Origin: a virus | Lineage: Duplodnaviria > Caudoviricetes | Direction: 5' to 3' (one strand) | Length of the DNA stretch: 54,031 bases | IMG/VR virus record: IMGVR_UViG_3300021180_000001 | Span: 1 to 54,031 of that record | In this document: in pieces, positions 1-9,502 of the stretch | How positions within the stretch are numbered: position 1 is the first letter of the stretch | Layout: every line of letters begins with the position of its first letter | The notes under the pieces: generated by a model | Database searches by the model: none | The model's input: only the letters and a program-made list of their open reading frames with translations | What the model was told of the DNA's origin: nothing | Made by a program: the position numbers and the translations under genes

Positions 1-127
1 AAGATATATTAGAAGGACAAGAAGAGCCAAAACCTTCTGAATTAGATTTTTATGCCAATCTAGCTGAAGAACTAGATGAAGGCACTTTAAATAGCCTTGC
101 TATCCGTCTTATTGAAGAAATCAATGA
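1..127. repeat. Terminal direct repeat (circular assembly overlap), copy 1
   Basis: Bases 1-127 are identical to 53905-54031; 127 is a typical assembler k-mer length. Confidence 0.97.
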
Positions 128-2300
128 AGATAAAGATTCTCGTCAAGAATGGGAAAATACCATTGTTATTGCGCTTAAATATACAGGATTTAAGGTAGAA
201 GAATTTAAAAGTGTTCCATTTTCCCAAGCCTGTGCTGCTTTCGATACAACTCTTTCTGCTTCTCTTTTGAAATCCTGGTGCACCTTTAGAGCGGAGCTTT
301 TTCCCGCTATGGGACCTGTTCGTTCAGAAATTAATGGAGTTCCGACTACTGAAGACGAGGATAGAGGTGAGCGGGTCAAGATGTTCATGAACTATTATCT
401 GACCCAAGTAGATAGAGATTATTATCCAGACTCAGACAGATTATTATTATATGTAATACTTTTTGGATGCGCTTTCAGAAAAGTCTATCAAGACCCAGTA
501 TCAAAATTACCAGTCGCTAAAACTATAGACCCACAAGATTTTATTATTAATCATCATACAACTAGCATTCTTTCTTCTAATCGAATGACTCATAGAATGT
601 TCCTATCAAGAAAAGAAGTAATTTTGCGAGAAATGTCAGGAAATTATATTAATGCTGCCCTCCCAGTGACTAATGACGATAATGACAATGAAGAATCTAA
701 TATCCAAAAAACTATTAAAAATATGGAAGGCGTAGATACAAGCGCTTCTGAAAATAAATCCCTTTTTACTTTTTATGAATCCCATGTTGATTTGAGCGCT
801 AATGACATAGAGCCAAATGACGAAGAAGATGAGTATGACTTACCGCGCCCTTATATAGTAACTATCTGCGAAGCTACTAAGAAAATAGTCTCTATTCGCA
901 GAAATTGGAAAGAAGGCGATAATACTTATAAAAAGAAAGATTACTTCGTTCATTATTATTATTTACCCGGTTTTGGAATATATGGCTCTGGATTAGCTCA
1001 ATTAATTGGTTCAAATAGCATCGTTTTAACAAGTCTTTTAAGACAACTAGTAGATGCTGGAACTCTACGGAACTTCCCAGGCGGTCTAAAAGAAAAAGGT
1101 CTTAGAATTGAAAATAATGACAAAGCAGTAGGACCTGCTGAATTTCATGAAGTAGAAACAGGAGGACGAGCAATTTCAGAATGTGTGATGCTCATGCCTT
1201 ATCAAGAACCATCCATTGTTTTAAATGAATTAAGGAAGGAATTAATAGAGCAAACAGGAATGATTGCTGGAACTATTCTGCAAGAACTTCCTGAAAATTC
1301 TACCAATGCTCCTGTTGGTACGACATTAGCACTCTTAGAAGTTGCTCATAAAATGCAATCTTCAATTTTACGCTCTTTACATGTCTCTTTAGGACTTGAA
1401 TTAAAACTTTTATTCAACCTGTTTGCAGAATATTTGCCAGATGAGCCTTATCCTTTTGTAGTTCCTGGCGCTGAAACTGCTATTATGCGCCAAGACTTTA
1501 ACGATAAAGTAAATATTGTTCCAGTTTCTGACCCAAATGTTTTAACAAGTACTCATAGACTTTTAAAATCAGAAGCATTGTTAAAACTTGCTGAAAGTGC
1601 GCCTGATATTCATGATAGAAGAGAAGCCTATCATCGTATGTATTCTGCGATGAATGTTGAAAATATTGATAAATTATTGCCACCTTTACCTCAGCCAGTT
1701 CCTTTTGACCCTATTACAGAAAATATGAATCTCTTACTGGGGAAACCCTTATCAGTTGCTCTATTTCAAGATGATGATGCTCATAACGTGGTTCATCGTA
1801 AGTTTGTTCAAGAAATACAGATGAATCCTCAGACATCTAATCCACAATTAGTGGCTCAGATGATGCTTCATATTCAAGCTCATGAAGCTTATAAAATATT
1901 GAAACAAATTCCTGAATTAATGCAGCAAGTCCAATCTATGGATATTTCTCAATTAAAGCCAGAAGATATATTAATGACACCAGAAATTCAAAATATGCTT
2001 GCTATGAAGGATTCTCAAGAAGCTCTTCAAGCAATGGAAATGCAAAGACAGCAACAGGAAATTATTAATTCTCAACAAATTGACCCTATGAAAGTTGCAT
2101 TAGAAGAAGTAGAGCAACGTAGAGAATCTGCATATCTTAAGAATGAAGAATCTAAATTAAGAGCAGAAACTGAAGCCTTTAAGGCTCAAACTAATTTCGA
2201 AGGCAATAAAGCCAAAATAGAATCTGAGAAAGAAATAGCTAGTGAAAAAAATCAAGTTGAACTAGCTATTGCAGAGATGAAAAACCTTGATCACATTTAA
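1..2300 (+). CDS. Portal protein, 3' part (true start 53772 across the circular join; ~810 aa)
   Basis: Frame is open from 53772 through the overlap into the 267..2300 ORF. Portal-like motifs: LRQLVDAGTLRNFPGG, NAPVGTTLALLE, Q-rich C-terminus. Follows terL. Confidence 0.9.
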   Translation, partial: DILEGQEEPKPSELDFYANLAEELDEGTLNSLAIRLIEEINEDKDSRQEWENTIVIALKYTGFKVEEFKSVPFSQACAAFDTTLSASLLKSWCTFRAELFPAMGPVRSEINGVPTTEDEDRGERVKMFMNYYLTQVDRDYYPDSDRLLLYVILFGCAFRKVYQDPVSKLPVAKTIDPQDFIINHHTTSILSSNRMTHRMFLSRKEVILREMSGNYINAALPVTNDDNDNEESNIQKTIKNMEGVDTSASENKSLFTFYESHVDLSANDIEPNDEEDEYDLPRPYIVTICEATKKIVSIRRNWKEGDNTYKKKDYFVHYYYLPGFGIYGSGLAQLIGSNSIVLTSLLRQLVDAGTLRNFPGGLKEKGLRIENNDKAVGPAEFHEVETGGRAISECVMLMPYQEPSIVLNELRKELIEQTGMIAGTILQELPENSTNAPVGTTLALLEVAHKMQSSILRSLHVSLGLELKLLFNLFAEYLPDEPYPFVVPGAETAIMRQDFNDKVNIVPVSDPNVLTSTHRLLKSEALLKLAESAPDIHDRREAYHRMYSAMNVENIDKLLPPLPQPVPFDPITENMNLLLGKPLSVALFQDDDAHNVVHRKFVQEIQMNPQTSNPQLVAQMMLHIQAHEAYKILKQIPELMQQVQSMDISQLKPEDILMTPEIQNMLAMKDSQEALQAMEMQRQQQEIINSQQIDPMKVALEEVEQRRESAYLKNEESKLRAETEAFKAQTNFEGNKAKIESEKEIASEKNQVELAIAEMKNLDHI

Positions 2301-2315
2301 ATCGGAGAACCTAAA

Positions 2316-2942
2316 ATGCGTGATATAGCCCCTACTAAGTTTCAAGCCGGATATGAAGGCGAAGATTCAATGAGAAACAAAGCAGAAAGAATGTTTAGAG
2401 ATGAAATGAAAGGATACGATGAGGTTAAATCTCCTCAAAGCATGTCCTCAAAAGGTAGAACGAATATGAGGCTTTATAAAAAAGGCGGTCATGTAAAACA
2501 CCATAAAATGGAAGAAACTCAGCATGATATGGTAATCCCACGTCGCCCAAAAACCCCAAAACTTAATGTAGAAAATTTTGCAGAAGTAGAGCATATGAAA
2601 CGTGGTGGTAAAATTCACCATAAATCTCATATGAAAAAACATTGCGCTTCTGGCGGAACTATTTATGAGAGAGAAATGTTAGGCGAGAAAACCTCACATA
2701 AACGTCCTCATATTAATTATGAATCTGATATGAAAGGCGAACGTGCAGAACATATGCCAACCAAAAGTAGCAGACATGCCGCTGGTGTTGATGCTTCTCA
2801 TGGAGAATACATGAAGAAAGGCGGAAAGGTAAAGAAAATGGCAATTGGCGGAGTCGGTAAAGTTCGTCATGAGGCTGCTACTAAACGTGGAATGCCGATA
2901 AGCAAAAAGGTTAATAAAGGAAGATATAGCGAGGGCAGATAA
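2316..2942 (+). CDS. Basic His/Lys-rich protein with repeated xxGGx[VI] motifs, probable internal virion protein
   Basis: GGAG RBS; YKKGGHV, MKRGGKI, MKKGGKV repeats; directly after portal. Confidence 0.6.
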   Translation: MRDIAPTKFQAGYEGEDSMRNKAERMFRDEMKGYDEVKSPQSMSSKGRTNMRLYKKGGHVKHHKMEETQHDMVIPRRPKTPKLNVENFAEVEHMKRGGKIHHKSHMKKHCASGGTIYEREMLGEKTSHKRPHINYESDMKGERAEHMPTKSSRHAAGVDASHGEYMKKGGKVKKMAIGGVGKVRHEAATKRGMPISKKVNKGRYSEGR

Positions 2943-2944
2943 TA

Positions 2945-3172
2945 TTGCTTCTAAACTATTGTGAAACTTTATTAACACAAATAAGAGAGCGTCAGAAGAT
3001 TTATTCTGAACGGTTGTGTTCTGGCGCTTTTCTTACTTTTGAAGAATATAAATTTGTATCAGGAATACTGAAAGGATTAAAGGAATCTGAAATTTTAACA
3101 GTAAACCTTTACAAAAATATATTCGAACCTAATAAATCATCTGGTAAAGAAGGAGAAAATTTTAGTGACTAA
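2945..3172 (+). CDS. Conserved hypothetical head-module protein
   Basis: TTG start; EEYKFVSGILKGL motif; overlaps the next gene. Confidence 0.6.
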   Translation: MLLNYCETLLTQIRERQKIYSERLCSGAFLTFEEYKFVSGILKGLKESEILTVNLYKNIFEPNKSSGKEGENFSD

Positions 3173-3653
3173 TTTTAAATCTATCGTTGATAAATTATCT
3201 TTTTATAAAGATAAAGTTAATAAATCTATGTATAGTTTTATAGATGATAATGAAGAACAGGAAGCCAAAGAACTCATAGAAAAACATCTAGGATTTCCGG
3301 CGCCTAGAGCAACTGGTTATTATATGGCTGTAAAAATATATTTACGTCCTGAAGAAATAGCAACTGTCGTTGATGAAGTAACAGGAAAAACAAAATCTAT
3401 TTATCTTCCAGAATCGGTAACGGCTAATGATAAGTATAGAAATTGTACAGCATTAGTAGTTTCTCAAGGAAGCGAATGTTACAAAGGTAAAAGATTTAAA
3501 AATAGTGGTCCCTGGTGCAAAATCGGAGATTGGATAGCTATTCCAAGGAATGAGGGTACCCAATTAAATTATCGTGGAATTCCAATGCAATTTATCCCAG
3601 ATGATAGAGTTTTATGCGTTGTAGAAGACCCAAGTTATATCACAAGAGATTGA
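3165..3653 (+). CDS. GroES/Cpn10-like co-chaperonin
   Basis: PRATGYYMAVK...IYLPES...ALVVSQGSECY...PWCKIGDWI...IPDDRVLCVV resembles the phage Cpn10 pattern; between portal and scaffold. Confidence 0.8.
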   Translation: MTNFKSIVDKLSFYKDKVNKSMYSFIDDNEEQEAKELIEKHLGFPAPRATGYYMAVKIYLRPEEIATVVDEVTGKTKSIYLPESVTANDKYRNCTALVVSQGSECYKGKRFKNSGPWCKIGDWIAIPRNEGTQLNYRGIPMQFIPDDRVLCVVEDPSYITRD

Positions 3654-3665
3654 TGAGGAGAAATT

Positions 3666-4679
3666 ATGGAATCTATTAGAGAATTTTCAGAAGATAATTA
3701 TGACCATGTTGTAGGGGATAACCAAGAAATTGAACCTAATAATGATTCTTCTGAAGAAGTTTCACAAGAAGTCCCAATAAATGAGATTTCTGCTGAAGAG
3801 CCTTTTTCGGAAGAATCTGAAGAAGTTAAAGATAAGCCAAAACCTAAACATAGAATACCTGCAAAGACCAGGATTAATCAAATTCAGCGCGAGAAATATC
3901 AAGCTTTAGATGAAGCAAATAGATTAAGGGATGAAGCACAACGTTTATTAGAGGAAAATGAACGTCTAAAACAAATTGCAGACTATTCTAGCGAAGCTGC
4001 TGAAAAGCATTACGAAAATGGTATTAAGCTTAGAATGGACCAAATAAAACAATTAAAGGCTCAAGCTATCGAATCTGGGGATGTACAAGCACAAATAGAT
4101 GCAGATGAAAAATTAGCCTCAGCAGCAGCAGAAATGTATGGACAGAATAGCTGGAAAGCAAGCCAGGCTATGAAAATGGAACAGCAAAGAAGAGCAATGG
4201 AATCCGTCCAATATCAACCATCTGGTCCTAGTCCTATTGCTCATCAATGGGTAGAAGAAAATGCTTCCTGGTTTCATCCAGACAGTGAAGATTATCATCC
4301 TGATTTGGCAGCAGAAGCAGAGAGTTTTGCTGATAGATTGGACGCTCATTATTATAGGACAGGACAGCAACATCTTATTCAAAATTCAGAAGAATATTTT
4401 AATGAGATTAACGCACATCTTAGGAATTTTTATCAACAAAGATACATGAATAATCAAGCTCCAAAAAGAGGTTTAAATATGAAGCAATCTAGAACGATGG
4501 TTGGAACGGTTAGAAGTGGTGTTCATCAGTCAAATGGAATGTCAGGACAAACAGTTAAAGTTACCCTTAATCCTGATGAAAAGGATATGGCACGAAGAAT
4601 GGGAGTTACAGACCAAGTTTTTCTTCAAAAGAAGATAGAAGATATGAGAAATAATCCAGGTAAGAGGAGAGGATATTAA
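3666..4679 (+). CDS. Capsid scaffolding protein (probable)
   Basis: Acidic N-terminus, coiled-coil body, C-terminal VTLNPDEKDMARRMGV; upstream of capsid genes. Confidence 0.7.
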   Translation: MESIREFSEDNYDHVVGDNQEIEPNNDSSEEVSQEVPINEISAEEPFSEESEEVKDKPKPKHRIPAKTRINQIQREKYQALDEANRLRDEAQRLLEENERLKQIADYSSEAAEKHYENGIKLRMDQIKQLKAQAIESGDVQAQIDADEKLASAAAEMYGQNSWKASQAMKMEQQRRAMESVQYQPSGPSPIAHQWVEENASWFHPDSEDYHPDLAAEAESFADRLDAHYYRTGQQHLIQNSEEYFNEINAHLRNFYQQRYMNNQAPKRGLNMKQSRTMVGTVRSGVHQSNGMSGQTVKVTLNPDEKDMARRMGVTDQVFLQKKIEDMRNNPGKRRGY

Positions 4680-4680
4680 T

Positions 4681-5187
4681 ATGTCAACAAAAAGAGAAAA
4701 TAGAGAAATTGAAGATAGAAGTGCTGAGATAAGACGTTTGGAGGAACGATTAGCTGAACTCAGACCTAAATATAATATGATGTATAGAGACCCCTTAAAT
4801 TTTGATGAAAATGAAATTCCTTATGGATGGGAATATCATTGGTTTAGGTCGACTATTTACGATGTGCCTGATAGGAGTCGTATGGTAGAAGCACAACAAA
4901 GAGGTTGGACAATTGTACCTCCTGAAAGACATCCTGATAGATGTTTTGCTGATTATGATGGGACTATCCAAAAAGTTATTTCTCATAAAGGATTAGTTTG
5001 TATGGAGCGTCCTAAAGAAATTGGTGACGCAGAAAGAAAAAAGCAGTCTGAATATAATAAGGTTAGAGAAAGCTCTATGCCTGGCCTACATAATGTTTTA
5101 GGAGAAGCGCCTGGAGCCATTCCATTGAAATCGTATGTAAATGAAGTTAACTGGGGACCAGAGCCTCCTGCTTCTTTTGGATATTAA
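4681..5187 (+). CDS. Conserved head-module protein (W-x-R...GW-x-x-V family)
   Basis: GWEYHWFRS...RGWTIVPPE...GLVCMERPKE motifs; between scaffold and capsid genes. Confidence 0.7.
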   Translation: MSTKRENREIEDRSAEIRRLEERLAELRPKYNMMYRDPLNFDENEIPYGWEYHWFRSTIYDVPDRSRMVEAQQRGWTIVPPERHPDRCFADYDGTIQKVISHKGLVCMERPKEIGDAERKKQSEYNKVRESSMPGLHNVLGEAPGAIPLKSYVNEVNWGPEPPASFGY

Positions 5188-5210
5188 TAATTAGTCCTTA
5201 TCAACATAGA

Positions 5211-5244
5211 GGGAGATAGCAGTTTGCTTCTCCCTTCCCTTTTA
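5211..5244. terminator. Intrinsic terminator between convergent genes
   Basis: GGGAGA-T-AGCA / TGCT-TCTCCC stem followed by a pyrimidine/T tract. Confidence 0.6.
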
Positions 5245-5775
5245 TTGCTCTGCTATTTTCTCTTTATCCTGATTATCAATAGCAAATGCTATGCAAACAA
5301 AGGCATCTTCAATTAATGTTTTATCTCTCATCAAATCAGGAGGGCAATCAGACCTGCTATAGGTAGATGGAGAAAAAAGACCATTGTGCAATCGACAAAA
5401 CCAAATTTTTATGGGACCTAATATTGCAACATTTTTCTTTAAATCCACTTTCCAAGGAGCTGATGGTCCGCCTCGCTCTTTTACTTTCTTCAAAATGGTA
5501 TTAAGCTGCATAGCGTTATGCCGATAAATTTTGATTTTCTCAGCAATCTCATCAAAATCACTTAATACGCTATCTATCCCATCTGGACGCCATGGCATTC
5601 CAATTCGGTGTAAACGTAACCACGCCTGAAGTGTTTGTTCGGCAGGCCCTGTCATCTTCGCAGAATTATCAACCCATCTCATAACTGTACGTATATCAAC
5701 TGATAAAAGCTTTGCTACTTCTGTTTTGGTTAGTACTAGCTCATTTAAAGTGTTTATAAGAGCTTGATTGAGCAT
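5242..5775 (-). CDS. HTH (XRE-like) domain protein, moron on the opposite strand
   Basis: LTKTEVAKLLSVDIRTVMRWV HTH. ATG 5775 has a GAGG RBS; the 5820 start lies inside the promoter. Confidence 0.75.
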   Translation of the reverse strand: MLNQALINTLNELVLTKTEVAKLLSVDIRTVMRWVDNSAKMTGPAEQTLQAWLRLHRIGMPWRPDGIDSVLSDFDEIAEKIKIYRHNAMQLNTILKKVKERGGPSAPWKVDLKKNVAILGPIKIWFCRLHNGLFSPSTYSRSDCPPDLMRDKTLIEDAFVCIAFAIDNQDKEKIAEQ

Positions 5776-5806
5776 AATGTCCTCATAAAAAGTGAATAAT
5801 AGATTA

Positions 5807-5836
5807 ATTATAGAAGACAATATGATAAATTGTCAA
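5807..5836 (-). promoter_or_regulatory. Sigma70 promoter with palindromic operator for the HTH gene
   Basis: Minus strand TTGACA (5836-5831)-N18-TATAAT (5812-5807); palindrome GACAAT-N7-ATTGTC at 5816-5834. Confidence 0.7.
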
Positions 5837-5872
5837 TTCTAAATTTAGTCTAATGCTTAAATATAAATACTA

Positions 5873-5899
5873 TTGACATAACGAATTATCTGTTATATT
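5873..5899 (+). promoter_or_regulatory. Promoter for capsid genes
   Basis: TTGACA at 5873 and extended -10 TGtTATATT at 5891-5899 (short 15-nt spacer). Confidence 0.5.
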
Positions 5900-5904
5900 G
5901 TTGG

Positions 5905-6045
5905 TCATGAAAGAGAGGACCAAACTCATTAAATAGGTCAGATAGTCAACTATCCACCGTGTGTAAACACGCTAAATCAAGACGGACCAGAGTCTTAAAA
6001 CGGTCGGGATTTTTTCCCTGTCACAGTTGAATTGATTAGCGGAGT
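5905..6045 (+). ncRNA. Structured 5' leader with two H-type pseudoknots and hairpins
   Basis: Two GACC...GGTC pseudoknot units; CGTGT-GTAA-ACACG (GNRA loop); GATAG/CTATC; GGGA/TCCC. Confidence 0.55.
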
Positions 6046-6050
6046 AGTTT

Positions 6051-6743
6051 ATGTACGGTTTTAATCAAAATACCCCTAAGGGTTTACAGCCATCTCAATA
6101 TTTAAATGGCTCAACTTGGTCGGGTCAAACAGGTCAATATTACGTCCTTTCTGGTTATGCTAATTCTCTTTTCCAAGGAGACCCGGTTACGATGCTTAAT
6201 ACCGGTGGTATTGGCATTGGAGTAGCAGGCTCAGGCATTATCGGAGTTTTTTGGGGCGTTACTTATCAGGATTCTACAGGGAATTATGTTTATTCTCCTT
6301 TTTGGACTACAGGAACTGTAACTTTTCAAGCACAGCCTGCAATTGCTTATGTCATTGATGATCCAAATGTTCTTTTTGACATACAGATTGCTTCAAGCGC
6401 TGGCGCTCTTGTTGATGCTCCAGGATTAACATTAACTCAATTAAATAATAACGCTAATTTTGCCCTTGGTGCTGGTACTACTTATAACCCAGTTAATGGA
6501 GTAACACCTTTAACTAACCCAACAGGTGGTTCAACACTTACTGGACAATCAGCTTTTTATTTAGATTCTACAACTATTCAAACTGGGCAGGCTGCATTCA
6601 GTTTGAAAATAATTCGCCTTACTCCTAATCCGACTAACGTATTTTTTAGCGCTGGTCCTCCAATAGTAGGTGCATTCAATAACGCATTAGTCCTTATCAA
6701 CAATGACATCTACAAAGGTGGCACTGGTACGGTTGGAATTTAA
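6051..6743 (+). CDS. Capsid decoration / minor capsid protein
   Basis: PKGLQP, LFQGDPV, GVFWGV, AYVIDDPNVLFDIQ motifs; directly before the major capsid gene. Confidence 0.7.
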   Translation: MYGFNQNTPKGLQPSQYLNGSTWSGQTGQYYVLSGYANSLFQGDPVTMLNTGGIGIGVAGSGIIGVFWGVTYQDSTGNYVYSPFWTTGTVTFQAQPAIAYVIDDPNVLFDIQIASSAGALVDAPGLTLTQLNNNANFALGAGTTYNPVNGVTPLTNPTGGSTLTGQSAFYLDSTTIQTGQAAFSLKIIRLTPNPTNVFFSAGPPIVGAFNNALVLINNDIYKGGTGTVGI

Positions 6744-6755
6744 TAGGAGAAAAAA

Positions 6756-7658
6756 ATGGCAATTAATACCGTCGCAATAGCTAATCTTTTAAGACCGGGA
6801 ATAGCTGCAGTTTTTGGTGATTATCCGAGCTACCCTTCTCAATGGTCTGATATATATGGGGTATACGAATCTGACAAAGCAGTTGAAATAGAAGTTGAAA
6901 TGAAGATGTTAGGTCTTGCTCAAATTAGACCGGAAGGTTCACCTACTGCTCAAGATACGATGGGACAAAGAGTTATCACTCAATATCAACATCGTTATGT
7001 TGCTCTTTCGTTTTCCATAACGCGTCAAGCAATAATGGATAATTTATACAAAACTAAATTCCCATTAATGGTAAAAGCGTTAAAGAAATCGATGGCTCAA
7101 ACAAAAGAAATTCTTGGTGCATCGGTTCTTAATAATGGATTTAATGCTGCATTTCCAATTGGAGATGGACAACCATTATTAAGTACTGCACATCCAATTG
7201 ATGTCGGAACTGTCGCTAATACACCAACTGTTGCTGCTGATTTGAATGAAGGCTCTCTTGAAGCTGCCATCATTGCAATTCAGCAGTTCAGAGACCAAGC
7301 AGGTCTTATTGTAATGACGAAGCCTGAGAAGTTGATTGTTCCTCCTCAAGGACAATTTGTTGCTGAAAGGTTGTTAGCGTCTGCTTTCAGAACTAATACT
7401 AACAACAACGATATCAGTGCAATTTATAACATTACCGCTGTTCCTAGTGGTTATAGAACGAATCACTTTTTAACTACTGCAAATAGCTGGTTCCTTTTAA
7501 CGGACGCACCAGATGGTTTCAAACATTATGTTCGGGAATCAATTGAAACTGATGTCTACACTGATTTTACGTCAGATAACTTACTTGCAAAAGCAGTAGA
7601 GCGCTATAGTTTTGGGGTCAGTAATTTTAGAGCTATTTACGGTAGTGCTGGAACCTAA
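6756..7658 (+). CDS. Major capsid protein (Mu gpT-like, HK97 fold)
   Basis: MAIN...LLRPGI, SITRQAIMDNLY, GDGQPLLSTAHP, PEKLIVPP, ERYSFGVSNFRAIYGSAG; AGGAG RBS; terminator follows. Confidence 0.92.
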   Translation: MAINTVAIANLLRPGIAAVFGDYPSYPSQWSDIYGVYESDKAVEIEVEMKMLGLAQIRPEGSPTAQDTMGQRVITQYQHRYVALSFSITRQAIMDNLYKTKFPLMVKALKKSMAQTKEILGASVLNNGFNAAFPIGDGQPLLSTAHPIDVGTVANTPTVAADLNEGSLEAAIIAIQQFRDQAGLIVMTKPEKLIVPPQGQFVAERLLASAFRTNTNNNDISAIYNITAVPSGYRTNHFLTTANSWFLLTDAPDGFKHYVRESIETDVYTDFTSDNLLAKAVERYSFGVSNFRAIYGSAGT

Positions 7659-7680
7659 GACTTAAACACTTAGGTTTTTT
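7652..7680 (+). terminator. Intrinsic terminator after the major capsid gene
   Basis: AACCTAAG / CTTAGGTT stem followed by a T run. Confidence 0.7.
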
Positions 7681-7697
7681 ATATTAGGAGTTTTTAA

Positions 7698-8414
7698 ATG
7701 AGTGGTATTAATTTAATTTCACCATCAGGGTCTACTTCAGCATTTTTAATTGCGGATACAGTTAAAACGACAGGTGGCTCTAACGATACTATTTCGACAA
7801 TGACTCAGGTCAATGGAGTTACTGTTAATGCTGCATTGGAAGTTCAGTCGACATTAGGCTCTGTGCTTTTTCCGAGAATGACTCAAACTCAGATTAATGC
7901 CTTAACGACTGTTGTAGATGGAATGTTGGTTTTCAATACAACTACCGCTGCCTTTAACTTTAGACAAGGTGCCGCATGGGTAGTTTATTCTCTTCCTATA
8001 GTTCCTCTTGTATTTCAAGCAAGTGTTACTTTATCTTCCCCGCAATTGTTAGCTTTAAATGCAACTCCAGTTACTGTTTTAGCGGCATTAGGTGCGAATG
8101 TTGTTATTGTTCCGCTTAGAGTTGTCTACGAATATAAATTTGGTACGACTCCTTATGTAAATTCAGGTGCTCAAGCATTTGAATTAATAATTGGTACTGG
8201 GCCAACTGTTGTATCAACTACCACAAGTGCCATTGGCTTAGTAGACCAAGCGGTTAATACGACTGCAATGGGTGCTGCTGCAAGTAGTACTGGCGCTGCA
8301 AATACAGCACTGGCAAATACTCCATTAAAAGTTACTAATACTGTCGGAAATTTTACTGCCGGTGATGGAACAGTGGTTGTTACTGTCTGGTATCAAACGA
8401 TTACTTTAACCTAA
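7698..8414 (+). CDS. Virion structural protein (head fibre/decoration-like)
   Basis: Thr/Ala/Gly-rich; N-terminal module ALEVQST...PRMT...DGMLVFN is shared with the fibre genes. Confidence 0.6.
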   Translation: MSGINLISPSGSTSAFLIADTVKTTGGSNDTISTMTQVNGVTVNAALEVQSTLGSVLFPRMTQTQINALTTVVDGMLVFNTTTAAFNFRQGAAWVVYSLPIVPLVFQASVTLSSPQLLALNATPVTVLAALGANVVIVPLRVVYEYKFGTTPYVNSGAQAFELIIGTGPTVVSTTTSAIGLVDQAVNTTAMGAAASSTGAANTALANTPLKVTNTVGNFTAGDGTVVVTVWYQTITLT

Positions 8415-8426
8415 TAGGAGTATGAT

Positions 8427-8639
8427 ATGGCTGAAGCCGTTAATAAGATTGAAGACCACTTAACACGTTTAAAAGAAGAATTGCAAAAAGGCGTTACTTA
8501 TTTAAATGAGCTTGATAATGCGATTAAAAAGCTTAGGAACGACCGAATAATCTCTCAAAAAAATATCGATACTATTAATGGTGCAATTCAGGCTTATGCT
8601 GAATCTGTTCGTTTAATTAATGAAAAACCTCAAGGATAA
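8427..8639 (+). CDS. Small coiled-coil protein
   Basis: AGGAG RBS; heptad pattern. Confidence 0.65.
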   Translation: MAEAVNKIEDHLTRLKEELQKGVTYLNELDNAIKKLRNDRIISQKNIDTINGAIQAYAESVRLINEKPQG

Positions 8640-8641
8640 TA

Positions 8642-9286
8642 ATGGCGAGGAGAGTAGTATTTACATGGCCTGCTGCAAGTGCGACAGGTGTAGCTGCCCT
8701 TCAAACATTAGTTGGAGCAGGCTCTTTATCTATTAATGGTGGATTAGCAATCCCAATTAATGGGATTTCTGCTCCAAACTTTGTTCAATTCTCTGGAATA
8801 TCTAGGACAATTTCTATAACTTCTACTAATGACCTATCAGCAGTTCATTTTACGATTACTGGAACTTATAGAAATGCGCCTCAGACTGAAACTCGTATTG
8901 GTCCAAATAATGCGACTGTTTTAACAACTGCATTATTCGATACGGTTACTAGTATTACTACAGATGCAGCAGCGGCCGCAGTTTCTATTGGAAGTGGAAC
9001 TACGGGTCAAACTCATTGGAAGAATAGTAATTTTCAATCGACAGTTGTAAATATGTCTATTCAGGTAGTAGTCACAGGAACAATCACTTATTCATTTATT
9101 ACAACATTAGATGATGTTCAGAAAATTGCAGCTCCTACAACTTTCTCACCTATCGCGGCAATGACAGCTGCTACGACAAACCAATTAGGAAATTATCTAA
9201 ACGCTACTGCTTATTCGGCTATTCAAATTACTGCCGCTACTACAGGTTCGTTAGTGTCAACCTTTATTGAGCAAGGAATATTGTAA
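8642..9286 (+). CDS. Virion structural protein
   Basis: Thr/Ala-rich beta composition; within the structural operon. Confidence 0.6.
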   Translation: MARRVVFTWPAASATGVAALQTLVGAGSLSINGGLAIPINGISAPNFVQFSGISRTISITSTNDLSAVHFTITGTYRNAPQTETRIGPNNATVLTTALFDTVTSITTDAAAAAVSIGSGTTGQTHWKNSNFQSTVVNMSIQVVVTGTITYSFITTLDDVQKIAAPTTFSPIAAMTAATTNQLGNYLNATAYSAIQITAATTGSLVSTFIEQGIL

Positions 9287-9489
9287 TGGGTAGGTCTAAA
9301 AAAATGTTTATCCAGGAAGCTATAAAACATCCAGGCGCTTTGCTCAAATCTTTGCATGTTCCAAAAGGACATAAAATTCCAGAGTCTAAGTTAAAAAAGG
9401 CTTCTCATTCTAAAAATCCTACTTTAAGGAAGAGAGCTATTTTAGCTGAAACCTTTAAAAAGCTTCCTAGGCATCATGGTCCGAGGTAA
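9286..9489 (+). CDS. Small basic phage protein (AIKHPGAL family)
   Basis: IQEAIKHPGAL...KIPESKL...KRAILAETF; coupled TAATG junction. Confidence 0.7.
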   Translation: MGRSKKMFIQEAIKHPGALLKSLHVPKGHKIPESKLKKASHSKNPTLRKRAILAETFKKLPRHHGPR

Positions 9490-9502
9490 GGATGTTAAAT
9501 AA

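Noticed and set aside
1-127. Biological terminal repeat or att site
   Set aside because: 127 bp equals a common assembler k-mer and falls in the middle of the portal gene
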